Assembly: GCA_016931955.1 (NCBI GenBank)
Contig: JAFGDV010000016.1
Location: forward strand, 1-41,846
DNA length: 41,846 bases
Source: Candidatus Altiarchaeota archaeon
GTDB taxonomy: Archaea > Altiarchaeota > Altiarchaeia > IMC4 > QMZM01
Reading direction: 5' to 3'
Below the pieces are notes generated by a model. That model was not told the DNA's origin and made no database searches. It saw nothing but the letters and a program-made list of their open reading frames with translations. Each line of letters begins with the position of its first letter. Within the stretch, counting starts at the first letter, position 1. The position numbers were made by a program, and so were the translations under genes. Below, piece by piece: positions 37,655 to 41,846 of the stretch.

Positions 37655-37810
37655 ATGAAATATGATAGGGGCTCTGAGAGGAAGATGTACCCCATAGTCT
37701 GCGCTGACTGCGGTAAGGAGGCTGAAGTGCCTTTCAAGCCTGACAGCGATAGGCCTGTCTACTGCAGGGATTGCTATCAGAAGCACAGACCACAGAGAGA
37801 TAATTACTGA
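37655..37810 (+). CDS. CxxC-x17-CxxC small zinc-binding protein (51 aa), not in the ORF track
   Basis: Own translation: MKYDRGSERKMYPIVCADCGKEAEVPFKPDSDRPVYCRDCYQKHRPQRDNY. GGAGG at 37641-37645. Confidence 0.93.
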   Translation: MKYDRGSERKMYPIVCADCGKEAEVPFKPDSDRPVYCRDCYQKHRPQRDNY

Positions 37811-37812
37811 GG

Positions 37813-37901
37813 ATCCGTTGTATACTAGTTCTCTAACGTAGATAACGGATTACCGTATTATCAGCTTATGCATATGGTTTTTATTTTGTTTATTTTTCTT
37901 T
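37813..37901 (+). terminator. 3' hairpin and T-rich tract downstream of the CxxC-x17-CxxC gene
   Basis: ATCCGTTGT...ATAACGGAT imperfect stem at 37813-37850; T-rich run at 37878-37901. Confidence 0.45.
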
Positions 37902-37987
37902 CTATCCTCTTCTAGGAATTTTATGGTATGCATCAACATAGTTATATACCAGCATATTACCATATCAATATATAAAAAGACTGCAGA

Positions 37988-38413
37988 TTAGTTTACGCGT
38001 ACTTCACCTTTCATTTGAGGGTGATAGCCGCAGTGGTAGAAAAAATTCCCTGCTTTATCGAAGGTTCGGCTGTATGTTCCGCCTTTGAGCAGGTCACCTG
38101 ACTTGAAGCCGATGCCTTCGACGCTGTGGCGTGCAGAATCCTCATTCACCCAAGTAACGGTTTCGCCTCGGTTTATCGTCACCGGCGAAGGATCAAAGGC
38201 AAAGTTCTTGATCCTTACCACTGTGCCGGCAAGGGTTGTAGTGGTTGACGTAGTCGTCGTAGTGCTTGTCGTAGTAGTAGTCGTCGAAGTAGTCGTGGTC
38301 GTAGACGTCGTAGTAGTAGTCGTAGTCATGGAAGTCGTTGTTGTAGTCGTCTGCTCCTGAACACACCCACTCCACAAAACCATTAAGACCAGCAAAGGAA
38401 TAATCCACTTCAT
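37988..38413 (-). CDS. Plastocyanin-like cupredoxin lipoprotein 2
   Basis: WSGC lipobox, long Thr stalk, FAFDP..VTI..GETVTW.N.D..RH and YHCGYHPQM. Confidence 0.92.
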   Translation of the reverse strand: MKWIIPLLVLMVLWSGCVQEQTTTTTTSMTTTTTTTSTTTTTSTTTTTTSTTTTTSTTTTLAGTVVRIKNFAFDPSPVTINRGETVTWVNEDSARHSVEGIGFKSGDLLKGGTYSRTFDKAGNFFYHCGYHPQMKGEVRVN

Positions 38414-38515
38414 GGTATAGTATTATGCACATAATACAAAAAACCTACATGGGATGAGACAAAACAAATCAACAACCACAATACTAAAGGGGGGTGTTTG
38501 TCTTTCGATCTTAGA

Positions 38516-38851
38516 CTAACGGAAGGTGCAGTACCTTGCGAGCAGCCTTCTGATTTCTTCTGCAAGCGCTTCCTCCAGACCATTCCCCTCAACACGGCCA
38601 ACGTAGTCTAATGCCGCCTCTATGCCGTCCTTTGCTGCGGTGTTGAGGATGGTCGCTGCTATAATTCTTTTATTGTCTTTGTTGGCGGATTTATCCAGAA
38701 CATCCTCTAAGTCAAAACGGAAGTATTTCTCTCTCTTCATATCCAGCATCTTCCGCCTGTCTGTGCAGTCATTTCTCCAGTTATGTTTTGGTTTGCTTGA
38801 CTTACTCTTCAAAAGATTCTTGCGTTTTTTAGGTGACTTAGCCATATGCAA
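38516..38851 (-). CDS. Hypothetical helical protein (start uncertain, possibly 38749 or 38740)
   Basis: The ORF fills the gap and has normal composition in its C-terminal ~75 aa. No motif recognised. Confidence 0.65.
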   Translation of the reverse strand: MHMAKSPKKRKNLLKSKSSKPKHNWRNDCTDRRKMLDMKREKYFRFDLEDVLDKSANKDNKRIIAATILNTAAKDGIEAALDYVGRVEGNGLEEALAEEIRRLLARYCTFR

Positions 38852-39050
38852 TCATCCGCCTGCAGGACTTGAATCCCTACCAACCAGAGCATCAGATACA
38901 ACCAACAACACCAGAAGCATCAAAAACTCAACCCAGTAGAGATTATCCTATTGTATATTTAGATTAGAGACTTAAAAGTCGGTACAATATGGCCACACCC
39001 CAATTTCCTCTAAGAGTGTTTTTATAGTTGTTGGAGGTAATATTCTTCTG

Positions 39051-39992
39051 ATGAAGACACTGTGGCTTTTGTTGGGCGGATTTGCGTTGTTGGGTGCTTT
39101 TGTCGTGGGTTTGGCTTTAGTGTCTGGTTTTTTTTATATTCTCGCGCTTCCATCCAATCAGCTGCAGGTTTTGGTGTCGGATCTGCCCTATTGGGTCTCA
39201 GGCCAAAGCGGCTCCATTAATCTGACGCCAGCTGGAGGTATTCCTCCCTATCATTGTTATGTTAAGGAGGGGTCTGCTCTCCCAACTGGTTTTTCTCTTT
39301 CAGATGATTGCGTCTTTTCAGGGACGGCGCCTGCGTTGGCTGGGGGGTCGACTAAGAGGATTTCCCCCCCTTTCACTGTGGTCGTAAATGATTCAGCTAT
39401 GCCGCCCGCCTCCATCGAGGTTGTGTATCAGTTCACAACTGTTTCGGAGTTACCCACCTTGATCCCGGTTTCTTCGAACAGCTGTACTGTGGGCAAGTAT
39501 TGTTCAGTGCAGGTGGCTAAGGCTTCTGGGGGTGTTCCTCCCTACACTTTTATGTCGGATTCGTTTTCCACTGGAGCGCCTCCGGCGGGTATGATCGTGG
39601 ACGTCAACGGCTATTTAGTCGGCACTCCGAAGACGACTGGTGCGGGGTCTTCGAAGTCGGGCAGGTATTCTTTTGGAGTGTGTGTGAAGGACTCCATTGG
39701 TTCAAGCTCCTGTGAAGAGACCAGCGTAGTCATATATCCTGGATCTACTACATCGTCTACGTCACCGTCTGGTGGCGGATACTGCTCCAGTAACTCTGAC
39801 TGCAAGAGTTTCGCCTTAAAATACTGTGGCGGCTCCAGTAATGTGCGCTGCGGCTCAGACAGATTATGCCATTGTTGTCTCACATTGCGCGGAGAAACCT
39901 GCATATCCTGTCCGGCAAGTGGCTGCACCGGCGGCACATACTGTGACAAAGGAGTCTGCGTCTTCCAGAAAGGAGGGAAAACCACTGATTAG
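39051..39992 (+). CDS. Membrane-anchored protein with two putative Ig-like repeats and a Cys-rich tail
   Basis: N-terminal TM helix; two GG.PPY...G.(L/P)P.G...(S/V)GT repeats; 12 Cys in the last ~70 aa. Confidence 0.85.
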   Translation: MKTLWLLLGGFALLGAFVVGLALVSGFFYILALPSNQLQVLVSDLPYWVSGQSGSINLTPAGGIPPYHCYVKEGSALPTGFSLSDDCVFSGTAPALAGGSTKRISPPFTVVVNDSAMPPASIEVVYQFTTVSELPTLIPVSSNSCTVGKYCSVQVAKASGGVPPYTFMSDSFSTGAPPAGMIVDVNGYLVGTPKTTGAGSSKSGRYSFGVCVKDSIGSSSCEETSVVIYPGSTTSSTSPSGGGYCSSNSDCKSFALKYCGGSSNVRCGSDRLCHCCLTLRGETCISCPASGCTGGTYCDKGVCVFQKGGKTTD

Positions 39993-40042
39993 AATTTTGC
40001 TTCTTTTTATTGTATGTGGATAGTTTAAGGAGGTGGCTGAGG

Positions 40043-40435
40043 TTGATCGGAAAATTATCGTATGAGTTATTGGATGCTGTTTTGGAAACTATTCCTGTTG
40101 AGTTTTCCGTGCTTGACGGAGATGACAAAGTAGTTGGATGGAATAAACATGAAACCAGGGTATTCAAGAGACCTGAGGGCGTGGTCGGCAGAAATGTGAG
40201 AGACTGCCATCCCAAGAAAAGCTTAGACAAAGTCGAGAAAATATTGGAGGAGATGAAGGAAAATAAACTAGACAAAGCAAGATTCTGGATCGAACTGGGA
40301 CCTCAGAAAAAGAGGGTACTGATAGAATACTATGCCCTAAGAACTAAAGAAGGAAAATATCTAGGATGCTTGGAAGCCACTCAAGACCTCACAGACATCC
40401 AAAAACTCAAAGGAGAAAAAAGGCTGCTAGACTAG
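40043..40435 (+). CDS. Stand-alone PAS-domain protein
   Basis: LETIPVEFSVLD, GRNVRDCHPKKS, FWI and G.YLGCLE.TQD. Probable TTG start at 40043 behind GGAGGTG. Confidence 0.88.
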   Translation: MIGKLSYELLDAVLETIPVEFSVLDGDDKVVGWNKHETRVFKRPEGVVGRNVRDCHPKKSLDKVEKILEEMKENKLDKARFWIELGPQKKRVLIEYYALRTKEGKYLGCLEATQDLTDIQKLKGEKRLLD

Positions 40436-40653
40436 CCCCAGCCAGTGTGAAAGAAGCCACAAAATACCACACTATTTCAAAAACCACAGAGAATATGAAT
40501 GCTAGAACAGAACATACAAATAAAAAAAAATCCATAAGTTCTAACACATTAGGTGAGTTTTCCCACACACCACTTTTTATCTCCAACTGTCTCGTATTTG
40601 TTAAAATGGTGGGATACAGGTTTTTTCTGCATACAATCCAATGGATACCTAAG

Positions 40654-41304
40654 ATGGGTCGGAAGTTCTGCCCAAGGTGCGGCTCAGAGAACATCAAATG
40701 GATTCTACCGCAGGAATGGTCCAAGTGGAGCTGCCAAGAATGCGGATACACCGGACCACTGATAATAGAAGACGGAGAAATCGGCGAAAAAATCAGGGAA
40801 AACTACATGAAAAAACAAGAAGCTGAGACAATCCAAAGATGTGGAGAAGAAGACTTCCAAGACATTTATGAGATAATAAATGATGCGGCGCAGGCATACA
40901 AAGGAGAGATCCCAGAAGACCGATGGACGGAACCATATATGCCGTTAGAGGAATTGCGGCATGAAATACTTGAGGGAGTGGAGTTCTGGGGATACTACGA
41001 ACCAGAACTAGTGGGAGTCATGGGAGTACAGGACAAAGGAGACGTGGCATTGATAAGGCACGCCTATGTGTTGACTTGGAAACAAGGACATGGGATTGGG
41101 GGAAAACTGATGGAGAAGATAAAAACACAGACAGATAAACCGATGCTGGTGGGGACATGGAAGGCAGCTACATGGGCGATCAGGTTCTATGGAAAACACG
41201 GATTCAAGGAAGTAGACGAAGAAACCAAAAATAAGCTATTAAGGAAATACTGGAGGATACCAGAAAGACAGATAGAAGAATCGACGGTGTTAACACTTCT
41301 TTAA
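40654..41304 (+). CDS. Zinc-ribbon + GNAT acetyltransferase fusion
   Basis: N-terminal CPRCGS...CQECG, then INDAAQAY, LIRHAYV, QGHGIG (AcCoA motif A) and AIRFY..HGF. Start ATG 40654. Confidence 0.85.
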   Translation: MGRKFCPRCGSENIKWILPQEWSKWSCQECGYTGPLIIEDGEIGEKIRENYMKKQEAETIQRCGEEDFQDIYEIINDAAQAYKGEIPEDRWTEPYMPLEELRHEILEGVEFWGYYEPELVGVMGVQDKGDVALIRHAYVLTWKQGHGIGGKLMEKIKTQTDKPMLVGTWKAATWAIRFYGKHGFKEVDEETKNKLLRKYWRIPERQIEESTVLTLL

Positions 41305-41331
41305 TATTTCCTCCTATTTTTAAACACTAAG

Positions 41332-41499
41332 ATGAAAGAAAAAATACAGTTTATGGTGGGTGTTATATTGGCACTGACTGCGGCAGCATTAATGATAGAA
41401 GGCAGCATCCTGGGAGAAAACACTACAGGAATAGCGACGGTCACTGGCATAATTGGGATAGCATTGATTGCGACATCCAAGTTCAGGCTGCTGAAATAA
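41332..41499 (+). CDS. Small two-TM membrane protein (55 aa), not in the ORF track
   Basis: Own translation: MKEKIQFMVGVILALTAAALMIEGSILGENTTGIATVTGIIGIALIATSKFRLLK. Confidence 0.7.
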   Translation: MKEKIQFMVGVILALTAAALMIEGSILGENTTGIATVTGIIGIALIATSKFRLLK

Positions 41500-41552
41500 T
41501 TAACCTATTTATCCCATCAAATACATAGAATAGATGGAGGTTGGATAGATAA

Positions 41553-41747
41553 ATGCCGCAAACAGTCCACGAACTGCTGACAGCAACGATCATATTCTCC
41601 ACCATACTAGTGCTAGGCGGACTCGCACTGACAAACATAACAGACGACCCCGCTAAAGCATACATGATATCCTTCACAGTAGCCACACTACTTGGAGGGG
41701 CAATCTTCATAAAAATCCATGAAATAAAATCAACAACCACACCCTAA
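41553..41747 (+). CDS. Small two-TM membrane protein
   Basis: Two hydrophobic helices; GGAGGT upstream. Confidence 0.6.
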   Translation: MPQTVHELLTATIIFSTILVLGGLALTNITDDPAKAYMISFTVATLLGGAIFIKIHEIKSTTTP

Positions 41748-41769
41748 AGGGCGTGGTATGAACTTACAA

Positions 41770-41821
41770 TGAGCAAGACGCAAAGCGTCTTGACTCAGAC
41801 AAGACCCTCTGGGTCTTGCTG
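41770..41821. repeat. Twin bulged-hairpin element, copy 2 (inverted relative to 8207-8256)
   Basis: TGAG-CAAGACGC-AAA-GCGTCTTG-(A)-CTCA overlapping CAG-(A)-CAAGACCC-TCT-GGGTCTTG-CTG. Confidence 0.8.
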
Positions 41822-41846
41822 AACACGTTAAAATGTCAAAAACAAA

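Noticed and set aside
37523-37786. 87-aa minus-strand ORF
   Set aside because: It is antisense to the well-supported CxxC-x17-CxxC gene.
38855-38885. Minus-strand TAGGGATTCAAGTCCTG resembling a tRNA T-arm or att remnant
   Set aside because: The loop and stem register do not fit GTTCRANYC, and there are no acceptor or anticodon arms.
40366-40653. Long N-terminal extension of the GNAT ORF and the hydrophobic minus-strand ORF 40407-40751
   Set aside because: Both overlap neighbouring genes and cross A-rich intergenic-like sequence. A short minus-strand membrane peptide cannot be excluded but is unsupported.

Overview
An archaeal chromosomal window with no CRISPR array, rRNA or transposase. Archaeal markers are the archaeal-type TpiA, a DGGGP synthase-like UbiA, pelota, a SelB-like factor and an intron-containing tRNA-Thr. 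The many Thr-linker lipoproteins are reminiscent of Altiarchaeota/DPANN-like lineages, which is my inference only. Housekeeping genes (tpiA, purF, argJ, C-terminal half of a split carB, purC, hxlB, pgi, pelA) are interspersed with a light/DNA-damage cluster (dinB, tspO, ybgA-like, photolyase), a co-oriented oxidative/metal-stress block (P1B ATPase, SOD, ferritin-like, glutaredoxin, TrxR) and several surface proteins. The strongest candidate for an undescribed system is a two-gene unit at 9817-11281. It comprises a small protein plus a stand-alone archaeo-eukaryotic primase (AEP) with a probable second, degenerate AEP-like domain. The AEP inter-domain linker encodes a compact GC-rich RNA-like structure at 10701-10820 with four hairpins, a kink-turn-like motif and a 7-bp pseudoknot. 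Also notable are dispersed palindromic elements with compensatory base changes (window start, around the tRNA, window end), a decayed tRNA-Thr duplicate upstream of the intact gene, and three small genes missed by the ORF track.
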